The notes below the pieces were generated by a model. It was not told the origin of the DNA, did no database searches, and worked only from the letters and a program-made list of their open reading frames with translations. A program made the position numbers and the translations under genes. Below, one piece after another: positions 10,601-22,600 of a stretch of 64,000 bases of DNA. Source of the DNA: Octopus bimaculoides (Eukaryota); NCBI RefSeq assembly GCF_001194135.2, contig NC_068981.1, positions 138,978,323 to 139,042,322 on the forward strand, read 5' to 3'. How positions within the stretch are numbered: position 1 is the stretch's first letter; each line of letters begins with the position of its first letter.

Positions 10601-13600
10601 ATATCTGAGTAAAGAAGAAACAGATGGAAACAGAGAATTTATTCCATTGTTTTGCAGACATATTTCTAACAAGAATATAATATAATAGCCTTTGTGTTTT
10701 AATTTGCAAAATGGATAGGATGGGTCATCACAATCTGTATCGTCTTGCACACACAACAACACAGAAGACCATCTGATTTGGGTGTAGTGTAACTTGTAGG
10801 TGCAAGCAACAGGTACATGGTAACTTTAAGGTACATGGTAACTTTAAGGTACATGGTAACTTTAAGGTACATGGTAACTTTAAGGTACATGGTAACTTTT
10901 AGGTACATGGTCTAGTGGTTGCACTCATGATTGCAAAATTGAAGTTTCAATTCTTGGGCCAGGTGATATATTGTACTTTTGAGCAAAACACATCATTTCA
11001 CATTGCTCCAATCCACTCAAGCTGTAAATGAGTAACTTTGTAACAAACTGGCATCCTGTTCTAGAGGATTGTTGTGATCTCAGTCACTTGTATGCCATAG
11101 AAACTATGTGACCAGCCTTATGTGTCCTAGAACTTGAGACACTAATGTCCAAGGGTTGATGTTGACAAAGAAACTTCTTAATCAGACTGCCATGCCTGTG
11201 CTACAAATTTAATGGATCCCATTATCGATTAGAATAACTTCTCTGGCACTGCCAATCAACAATCTACTGCCTTCTCTTCAAAATTCTCAATGAAGAACCT
11301 CTACGCAGTATAAAGTTCAGAACTAGAACATCCTCATCAGTATTTTAATGTCCACTTTTCCATGCTTGCGTGAGTCAGATGGTATTTGTTGAGGCAGATT
11401 TTCTACAGCTGGATACACTTCCTTTCATTAGCCTTCACCTGTTTCCATGCAAAGTCAATATTTCCCCATAACCAGACATGTTTCAATACATCATCATCAT
11501 CATTTAACGTTCGCTTTCCATGCTGGCATGGGTTGGACGGTTTGACAGGACTGGCAAGCCAGAAGGCTGCACCACGCTCCAACCTGATCTAGCAAAGTTT
11601 CTACAGCTGGATGCCCTTCTTAATGCCAACCACTTTGAGAGTGTAGTGGGTGTTTTTTACATGCTGAAATGGTGTTTTTTACAAGCCACTGGCACAGGAG
11701 CCAGTCAGACAGCACTGGCAACGACCACATTCGTATGATGCATTTTACATGTTACCAGCACGGGAGCCAGTCTGGTGGGACTGGCATCGACCACGCTTTT
11801 TACTTGCCACTGGCACGGGTGCCAGTCAGGCGGTAGTGACATTGGCCACAACAATGATTTCACTTGACTCAACAGGTTTTCTCAAGCACAGTTTATTGCT
11901 CAATGATTGAAGGGTACTCTTAAATGAGCCAGTTATACTACACTGGCATAGGCCATGGTTACAGTCTCACTTGGCTTGCTGGGTCTTCTCAAGCAACACA
12001 AGATTAGAAACAAAGACACTGCTTGCATAATGGCAATGCTTGTTTACAACTATCATGTGATGTCAGGACAAAAGTACACAAAAACACACACATCACCACA
12101 AACTCATACACACATATGCAGGTCATCATCGACTTATGACTGCTCAACTTTACAATGATTGGTGCACCAGCTCCCTGAAGCAATACTAAATAGTCCAGCT
12201 AAAATCTAATGGATTTAATTTCTTAGAAATTAACCCGTCTACAGATGATGTTAGGTAACAAACGCTTCTCCTAGGTTTGGTTATCAATCGCCAGTATGTT
12301 GGATGACTATCCCGTCGTGGAGACATCGAGGCAACCTCATATTTGTTTATAAGGCGACTGCTTGAGACTCCAAAATTTTTGACTAATGCCGGCATAATAG
12401 TATAATACAGAATGCTGTGTGTGACTTTTACCTGAGAATGTACCTTAAGAATGTAAAAATATAAAACAAAGCTATGTAGGCCTATAAGCTGACTTACGAC
12501 CAGTCAGTCGGAACCAATTGTAGTCCTAAGTTGATGACAACCTGTATATATAATGGGTTTCTTTCAGTTCCTCTACCAAATCAACCTACAAGGTTTTAAT
12601 CAATTTGACGTTACAGAAGACACTTACCCAAGATGCCAAGCAAGTGGAATCAGATATATAAAGTTTGAGAGGGAATATAGATGAAAAAAAAAAAACAGAA
12701 AACTGCATTCCTTACTTCAATTTTTTAAGATTCTCTGGAGTAATTTCATCATCTTTCAGAGTTTGTACTTCTTTTGTAAGTTTGGTTTGTACATCACTAT
12801 GAGTAGCAAGGAAATATAACAACCAAGTCAACACTGAAACAAAAGTTTGAGAAGCATTAAAGCAAAAGAAATGTTTAGAGACAAAGAAGCTAAGTTAAAG
12901 GGAGACGAAACTGGGGTTTAAGAATAGACCTATATTATCTAATATTTTCTTCCTTTTTTTTTTACAGAGACAGAAAAGTGTGACTTGATGCAGATTTGGA
13001 AACAAGTCTAACAGATCAAGCAACAATGCAGAGGTTCTCTACTGCCAGATGTGGTTGTAGTGAAAGTATGACACCTGGATTAAGATTAAGGAGATCGTTG
13101 CCAGTGCCGATGGACTGGCTCCTGTGCAGGTGACACGTAAAATACACCATTTCGAGCATGGCCGTGGATTGTTACCAACGTTGCCTTCCTGGCACTTGTG
13201 CCAGTGGCACGTGAAAAAACATTCGAGCGAGATCGTTGCCAGTGCCAATGGACTGACTCCTGTGCAGGTGACACGTAATACACTATTTCGAGAGTGGCCT
13301 TTGCCAGTAAGACATCCAAGCGAGATCGTTGCCAGTGCCCCTGGACTGGCCCTTGTGCAGGTGGCACGTAAAATACACCATTTCGAGTGTGGCCGTTGCC
13401 AGTACCCGCCTGACTGGCCCTCGTGCCGGTGGCACGTAAAGCACCCACTACACTCTCAGAGTAGTTGGCGTTAGGAAGGGCATCCAGCTGTAGAAACTCT
13501 GCCAAATCAGATTGGAGCCTGGTGTCGCCTCCTGATCCACCAGTCCTCAGTCAAATCGTCCAACCCATGCTAGCATGGAAAGCGGACGTTAAACGACGAT

Positions 13601-16600
13601 GAATCATTACATTTTTGTTTGCAATGAATTTCAATCTCTTGATAAATTTGTGACTGTGAAACAGATATTTAAAAAGAATGTGATGCTGCATAATACTGGA
13701 GCATAAGCATAGAATGTGGAAGGTAGCAGAGGCTGGCGAAAAACAGAATATAGTCTATTGGACATGCAACATTAATTTACATGAAAACATCCAAAACAAC
13801 CAGAATGTAAAGGCATAAAGATGATGTGTGCAGAAATATAGAAATATATACTTCTTATATATTCTCTATGATTAAATTAATCCTTTTGACAAAGTTTCGC
13901 GTAGTTTATTTTATTCAATCCAATGTTAATAAATGTTACCTTTACTGATAGTACTAATTGACAGGAAACTTGTAAGTTATTTGCAGAGCTAGACTTAAGA
14001 TAGAGTAATTAGGTGAGTCATGGGGAAAAAAGATGTTCTTATAGAAGAGATCACAATGGAACAAGTTGTAGAGAATAATGCAGTTTAATGCAGCCCCTGG
14101 CAAGATGTTGCACTAAAAGCCAAAAAAACGATGATGTTGCACTGTAAGCTAACCAAACCTGCAGAGAGATGCTGCACCACAAATTCATGGAGGACTGCTA
14201 CACTACAAAGCCATGGAGAGATGCTACCACTACAGATCCATGGAGAGCTGCTACCACTACAGATCCATGGAGAGCTGCTACCACTACAGATCCATGGAGN
14301 NNNNNNNNNCATGGAGAGCTGCTACCACTACAGATCCATGGAGAGCTGCTACCACTACAGATCCATGGAGAGATGCTACCACTACAGATCCATGGAGAGC
14401 TGCTACCACGACAGATCCATGGAGAGATGCTACCACTACAGATCCATGGAGAGATGCTACCACTACTGATCCATGGAGAGATGCCACCACTACAGATCCA
14501 TGGAGAGATGCCACCACTACAGATCCATGGAGAGCTGCTACCACTACAGATCCATGGACAGCTGCTACCACTACAGATCCATGGAGAGCTGCTACCACTA
14601 GAGATCCATGGAGAGATGCTACCACTACAGATCCATGGAGAGATGCTACCACTACAGATCCATGGAGTGATGCTACCACTACAGATCCATGGAGATATGC
14701 TACCCCTACAGATCCATGGAGAGCTGCTACTACTAGAAATCCATGGCCGGATGCTATGCAACAAACTTATAGAGAGACTAAAGCAGGTCTCTCAACCTCA
14801 TTGTAAGAGTACACAACAGACCACAACAAGCAATGCCAGTATTAATATAGTGGTAGGGTGTGGCACAAGGAGAGCAATAAAGTTTTGAAAACTGAAATAA
14901 AACAAAGAACGGTAAAAGATGTTAAATGAGACATTACAGCAGCCAAGAGTATGAAAATCAAACATCATTGTCATGAAGAGGTCCATAACTATTTCACTAT
15001 CAGCTGCATCAGTCTTCAACAAGAAATCAATTAGCAAGGAATTCTCTGGAGAAACAGTTGGCTGGTCACGCCGCTTTGTAACAGCATCTTGCAGATATTT
15101 CTCAAGAAAATTCTGAGCTGCAAACAAAAAAAAAGTAAAAAATATATAAGTAAATAAATACATAAAACTGGTTAAAATGAAAAATTATGCTTTATTAAAA
15201 GAAAAAAAAATCAGATTTTAACAAAATATTTCTCGTGATTAGCTTTTTTTAGAAATAAGACAAAATGTTCAGAGGCAAGGTGGCTGAGTTCCTTTCAAGC
15301 AGGCCTTACAGAGGTGAGGTGGCTAAGTTCCTTTCGAGTGTTGGGCCTCATGGAGGCAATGACCAAGACCTTTGGCATTATGTCATGCTTGAGAAGAAGT
15401 CCCATCAAACCGTGCAAAATTGCAGTTGTGGCAGATACCAGTGTTGCGCAAATGGCACCCTTTCTGGTGGCACACAAAAGCACGCATGACACTCTCAGAG
15501 TGGTTGGCATTAGGAAGGGCATCCAGTCGTAGAAAACCATGCCAAAATCAGACTGGAGCTTGGCACAGCCTTCCCATGTGCCAGCCCAGTCAAACAGTCC
15601 AACCCATGCCAGCGTGGAAAACAGATGTTAAATGATCATGATCATGATCATCATTCCTAAATATAACAATAACAAAATGAAATGGACATTATCTATTATC
15701 ATTCACAATTCGGGGGAAAAAGGCAGACAGCTAGCCCATTAATTTTGCAACAGACGCTAAAAGTACTAAAGAAAAGGAAAGCAGCCATGACTAATGGGTC
15801 ACTGCAGTAGTGAGTACAACATCCTCATCAGTTAACATCCACCTTTTTGTGTTTGCATAGCCAGATTCATTTCTTATTGCCAACCATCACCTGTTTCCAA
15901 GCAGGGGAGTATTTATCATAGCCAGATGTGTTTTTCACAGGAGTCTGGAAACAAACAGCGTCACTTGTATGATGGTGATGCTCATTTGCAACCGTTATGT
16001 GATGTCAAGATAAGAGTACACACATATATGAACACACACACACACACACACACATTTTAACATATGTGAACACATACAATGGGCTTCTCTCAGTCTCCAT
16101 CTACCAAATCCTTTCACAAGGCTTCGGCTGATCTAAGGCTATAATAAAAGACACTTGTCCAAGGTGCCATGCAGTGGGACTGAACCCAAAACCATATGGT
16201 TAGGAAACAAACCTCTTACCCACACAGCCACATATGATGTACCTAATTCTACTCAACCCACAACCACATGATTCTGAATCGAATTTCTTCACAAGACAGC
16301 CACACCCATATTCAAACAACAACAAAGCAAAAAAGCAAAAAAACATGGTAAATGTGGAAAATATTTTCATACCTTCTTTAAAAGCTTGTATCCGATGAGA
16401 CTCCGGTTCAGCCAGATCCTGCAGGCATCTCTGGATTTCATACCAACACTGGACAAATGGAAAGAAATATAAAACAACTTAAACACAAGTGTCTGCTATA
16501 TACACAGTTCAAGATTTTGAATATCTGTGAACAAAGGATATAGATATATATGTAATATGTGAACTAAGAGTGTATATAGATTTCAGTACATACAAAATAT

Positions 16601-19600
16601 ATCATCATCATTTAGCATCTGTTGTCCATGCTAGCATGGGTTGGACGGTTTGGTAAGCTGGGAGGTTACACCAGACTCCAGTCTGATTTGACATGGTTTC
16701 TACAGCTGGATGCCCTTCCTAATGCATTTACATGTCACCAGCACAGGTGCCAGTTGCGTGACACAAGTATTTGCCACAACTATGATTTTACTTGACTTAA
16801 TGGGTCTTCTCAACCACAGCATATTGCCAAAGGTCTCGGTCATTTGTTATTGCCACCATGAGGCCCAACACTCGAAAGGTGCTTTTTACATACCATATAT
16901 ATATACATATATCATCATCATCATCGTTTAACGTCCGCTTTCCATGCTAGCATGGGTTGGACGATTTGACTGAGGACTGGTGAAACCGGATGGCAACACC
17001 AGGCTCCAATCTAATTTGGCAGAGTTTCTACAGCTGGATGCCCTTCCTAACGCCAACCACTCAGAGAGTGTAGTGGGTGCTTTTACGTGTCACCCGCACG
17101 AAAACGGCCACGCTCGAAATGGTGTCTTTTATGTGCCACCCGNNNNNNNNNNNNNNNNNNNNNNNNNNNNNNNNNNNNNNNNNNNNNNNNNNNNNNNNNN
17201 NNNNNNNNNNNNNNNNNNNNNNNNNNNNNNNNNNNNNNNNNNNNNNNNNNNNNNNNNNNNNNNNNNNNNNNNNNNNNNNNNNTCTCACTCGAAAATCCTA
17301 CGGGAGCCAGTCAGGCGGTACTGGCAACGGCCATGCTCAAAATGGTGCATCTCATGTGCCACCCGCACAAGAGCCAGTCCAGGGGCACTGGCAACGATCT
17401 TACTTGGCTTGCCGGGTCTTCTCACGCACAGCACATTTCCAAAGGTCTCAGTCAGTAGTCATCGCCTCGGTGAGGCCCAATGTACGAAGGTCTTGCCTCA
17501 CCACCTCAGCCCAGGTCTTCCTGGGCCTACCTCTTCCACGGGTTCCCTCAACTGTTAGGGTGTGGCACTTTTTCACGCAGCTATCCTCATCCATTCTCAC
17601 CACATGTCCATACCAGCGCAATCGTCTCTCTTGCACACCACAACTGATGGTGTGCAAGAGAGACGATTGATATATATATATATATATAAAACAGATCAAC
17701 ATCAGTAATTAATTTTGAAGACTTACACTTATTCTGTTGGGTACTTTTGCCAAACTGCTATGTTGTGAGGACATAAACAAACTAATACTGGTTGTTAAGC
17801 AATGGTGTGGAGAGAAAAAGGATACTCATAAATATATATATATAGACACGCACACACACACACAAACATACATATACAAACACATACAAATACACACACA
17901 TGTACAAACACACATGCACGCACAAGTGATAAACATCTACACAGTTTCTGTCTACCAAAGTCACTCACAAGGCATTAGTCAACCCAGAGATATGGAAGAC
18001 ACTTGCCCAAGGTACCACATGGTGCGGCTGACCATGAAACCTTGTGGTTGCAAAGTGAGTCTCAACCACATGGCCATACCTGCACCCATACATGTGAACA
18101 CTGAACATGTACGTTATATGAAATAAGTATACACATTTTAGTATGTTGAATATATATGAGGACAATAGTGAAGGTGTGTAGGCAAGTGGTTACGATGTTA
18201 GGCACCTAATCCTAACACCATACACTCAATTCCTGGGCTGGGCAGCACATTCCATCCTTGAGCAAGGCACTTCATTTCACATTGTTCCAGTTTACTCAGT
18301 TGAAATAAGTAACAGCCCAGTGTTGAATCAGACCCTGACTCCTCTCTCCCTCTCTCCCCAACTGTTACATCCTGGATGTTTCAGCTGAGTCAAAGATGGG
18401 AAAGACCAAGAGGATATTGACAGTCATCTAAAATAACCATCGAAAGGCTAATACAGATACATGCTAACATGTAGTTCTACTATTACATATATGGTTATAT
18501 ACCATCATTATGGCAATCTAATGTAATACAAGAGAAATTCAGAATCTGGCAGGAGAAAACATTTCAAGTAATATATAGACAACAACAAATAAGAAAGAGA
18601 GCCAACAGAATCATTAGCATGCCAGGCAAAATGCTTAATAGCATTTCATCCATCTTTGTGTTCCAAGTTCAAATTCTGCAGAGGTCGCCTTTGCCTTTCA
18701 TCCTTTCAGGATTTATAAAATAAGTACCTGCAATTGATTTACCACCCCACTCAAATTGCTGGCCTTGTGATAAAATTTGAAACCAATATATAGACAAGAA
18801 ATACAATACTAGGGCAGGTAAGGACATACAAACAGAAATGGTAGATAAGCATTCTTGAATGTACAGAGCAGATATGTGCATGCACCGTGTAGCTAGACTA
18901 TGAGGCATTATCACTTACCGTATCAAAATTCCTCCGCAATGTGAAAATCCCCATGTTGTCTTTGAAGGTGTCACCAATTGTGCTAAGGACTTGATATTTA
19001 ATTGCTAAAGCCATCATGTGCTCCTCTGCAGGAATATGTTGATCGCTCATCACTGACCATTTTGTCAGTAATTCATCAGTAATCTAAGAAAAGAAACAGT
19101 TTAGATTGGATAATTCAACATTCATTTGCTTTCATCAAGAAAGATTGTACAACTCAGAGAGAAATGACAAGAAAATGAAATAAAAGTTCACTGATGAATA
19201 AGATAACTTCTTGAAAAATAAGATAATGGGCTTTATTTTACATGTGGAGAAGACCAATTTTTATAAGTTTGCTCTGGCACCACAACACTACAATCTTTAT
19301 CTTCTTCCTAGCTATTCCTACCCACTCTTATATAATATGAGGTAGCCATGTATCTCTTCTATAGCAAGACACCTGTGCTTGTTCCTCTATCATACTTAAA
19401 CCTCTCAATACCTGGCACAAAGCCACTCTCAAATACTACCCCCTGCTTGTCGAAGAAGCTTTTTCTGGATCTTTTCCATCTTGCAAGTTACTTAGCAACT
19501 ACATTAGTGCCAGTGGCATGAAAAAAGCACCCAGCACACACTATAAAGTTGTTGGTAGTAGGAAGAGCCAAATCTAACATTGGAGTTTAACGAATCCTCT

Positions 19601-22600
19601 CAAACCATCCAACCCATGACAACACAGAAAACAGATGTTAAACAATGATAATGATGGTGATGAGAAGAACAGTTAAGTGAACTTTAATTCTAGTATCAAA
19701 ATGTAATTTACTTCTTGGACTCAAGAAAAATAAATGGTAAAGTTAGCTCTGGTAAGATTTGAAACTGTAACAGAAAAGGATCTAACTAAATGCATTTCGT
19801 CAAACACTCCATGTCAGCCATCCTGGTTATTTTGTATTGTAAATGGTGAAGTGGACATCAGAAATTACATGTTTCCAATGAGTCGATTACTGGTTCACTG
19901 CATTTCTGGCAAGAGCAACAAGGGAGTGCCTGTATCTTGGTGTAGAACACACATCACAAGAACTTCATTCAAGAAGTACTGGTTGACCAGTTTTCTCGAA
20001 GTTTACATTCTTTGTTAATAGAGGTACATCATGTCCCTCAGTAACAACAGTACTAGAAAGAACAGCGTCTGGAAGGGCATCCAGCTATAAAACACGACTA
20101 CAATGTCTCTCCCAACCCATGCCTGCATGGAAAAACAAATATGAAAACAATGGTTATACAACGTATTCATACACATGGGCACAATAGCCTTCTAGTTTTT
20201 CTCTACCAAATTCCATTCACAAGAAAAGCGGTGAACGTTTCAAGGGAGGTAACTCACATCAAACTTAGAGCAAGGCCATTTAAAATAAAACGGAAACGGG
20301 TTTTATAATTACTACTGTTATATCAAAGACTGGGTTTCAGAGTGAACTTATGCCAAGCTGAAATATGTTCCAAAGCTGTTATAAGCCATCCAACTATCAC
20401 ATTTCCTATCCCCATATAAATAGCAACCTTGTCGTCTAAGGAAGAAATATCTATTCATATAATCAGAGAACAAGCACTGTAGATGTAAATTTAATTTCTA
20501 GTGAGTGAGTTGGCAGAGTCATCAGAGCAACAGATGAGATGCCTAATAGAATTTCTTCCAGCTTCTTACTTTCTGAGTTCAAACCCTGCTAAGCTCAACT
20601 TTACTTTTTATTCTTCTATGGTCAATATATAAAAGTGCTGGTCTAAGGCAGTGCACTGGCAGAAATGTCAGAACAATGGACAAGATGCTTTGCCATATTT
20701 GTTCCAGCTCTTTGCATTCTGAGCTCAAATTCCTCTTATGCCTACCCACATAGTAAACTTAAATTTGTCACCCATTCTAACACCATCACCTGGTCTTTGT
20801 TTTTTACTCAATTGCAAGCGGTCAGGTCAAGTGTCCAGTTTGAGAGTAACTTCCTCACACACACACCCCTACTGCCCCATTTCAGAAGCCCTGTAAAATA
20901 TTGAAAAAAAAAAAAAAAGTTTGGATAATGATTGAAACAAAGTTACAAAACCTTAATATATCATCTGCTTCTTCTTCTTCCAGTCAACTCTGCACTAACC
21001 ACTTTGTTCTTTCCAGAATGTTAGCCCTTCAAAATTCCCTTCATACTCATGGCTTTCTTCTGCAGCAATCAACTTGCAAGCATTCGTAAATTTCAACAGC
21101 ATCAAGATTTCATCAGTCTCAACAAGGCTATGAAATGTATGAGCAAGCCACTCCCTTCCTCCAGACACAATAATTTTTCTTGCACTTTCACTTGTTTCAG
21201 TCATCTGACTGTAGCCATGCTGGAGCACTGCCTTATAAAGGGCTTTAGTCAAAGAAATCGACCCCCAAGACTTATTCTTTATAAGCTTAGTACTTCTTCT
21301 ATTGAACTCTTTTGCCAAACTGCTAAGCTATGGGGACATAAACACACCAGGGCGATCTTTCGATACCAGTCCGAAATATCGGCCTTTTCCGTAACACCCG
21401 CACGATCTTCACTAGGGTGTTAGGGTTAGGGTTTTAGAGTTAGGTTAGGGTTAGGGTTAAGAGAGATAGAGAGGGAGAGAGAGAGGGAAGGTATGTTTTT
21501 TTTGTTTTTGCTTGTTGTTTGCTGTTTACCACAGCCACTGTGGTAAGTAGCATGCCAACTTCAAAAGAAATTGCGCTCTCTCTATCTCTTTCGAGTCCTT
21601 TCCCACTTCCCTAACCCAACACTTTTTACGGAAAATGCCAAAGTGATGTAAATAAACACACGTGGTCTAAATGACATTTTTCGGACTACTACCAAAGGAT
21701 CACCACACACCAGCATCAGTTGTCAAGTGATAATGAACAAATTTATTAGAGAAAAAGTTATAGAAAGTTTTCTGATAAGTGGGAGATAAACAGGAGCAAA
21801 ATTGTGATCTATTGTATAGTATAATGAAAATAATTCAAGTAAGAATTGGTTGACTCAGTATGAAGTGGGTATAAAAATGCATGATTGAGAGTTTCAGGTT
21901 ATGAAAATTCATTTCAAATGACTTAAGAACATGAAATACCTTTGCTATAATGGTGGAATGGATTTTGATAGAATTTTCATTCAAAGACTTTGTATACTTA
22001 ATTCTGCGTTGCTTTCCTGATTCATCACCGTTAAAAAGGCTTTCTGATCCCAAAAGTGGTTCAAACAGCAAGTAGACTTCACCTAAAATGTTTGAAAAAA
22101 ATTATAATAGAAATATTGAGCAAACAACAATAACACAAACTACCACAAGCAGAAATAGAAAATAAGTGAAATTTAAAAAAATAAAATGGTTGGTAAATAT
22201 TTAATAATAAATACTTCAGAATTTTAAATTCAGATATATGTGGATTATTTCACTATTACATTAAAATTCCAAGTTCAAAGTCTACTGTGAACAGGTATCA
22301 TGGAACCCCGAGGTTTAGAAAAGGACTGNNNNNNNNNNNNNNNNNNNNNNNNNNNNNNNNNNNNNNNNNNNNNNNNNNNNNNNNNNNNNNNNNNNNNNNN
22401 NNNNNNNNNNNNNNNNNNNNNNNNNNNNNNNNNNNNNNNNNNNNNNNNNNNNNNNNNNNCAGCTGTATGAAAATTTCCTGACACCCCACCCCACCCCTTG
22501 TCAGAAAACAGCTTCAACAGTTGTGAAGAACGAATTTGTACGTAGTCTGTTTCTGAGAGCTATTCTATTGGACCTCTGTCTAATCATTGAAACATTGATT

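Noticed and set aside
12190-12530. CpG-bearing unexplained segment in CYP20 intron 8
   Set aside because: No ORF, termini or second copy that I could identify
14198-14745. CRISPR-like array
   Set aside because: Head-to-tail tandem units with no unique spacers, in a eukaryotic intron
14085-14888. Long repetitive ORFs ([18 protein letters not shown]) resembling a mucin or antifreeze-type protein
   Set aside because: Products of a 27-bp intronic minisatellite, open in most frames, with no splice or codon support
21420-21460. True telomere or chromosome-fusion scar
   Set aside because: Short degenerate TTAGGG runs enclosed by TIRs and TSDs, so they are transposon cargo
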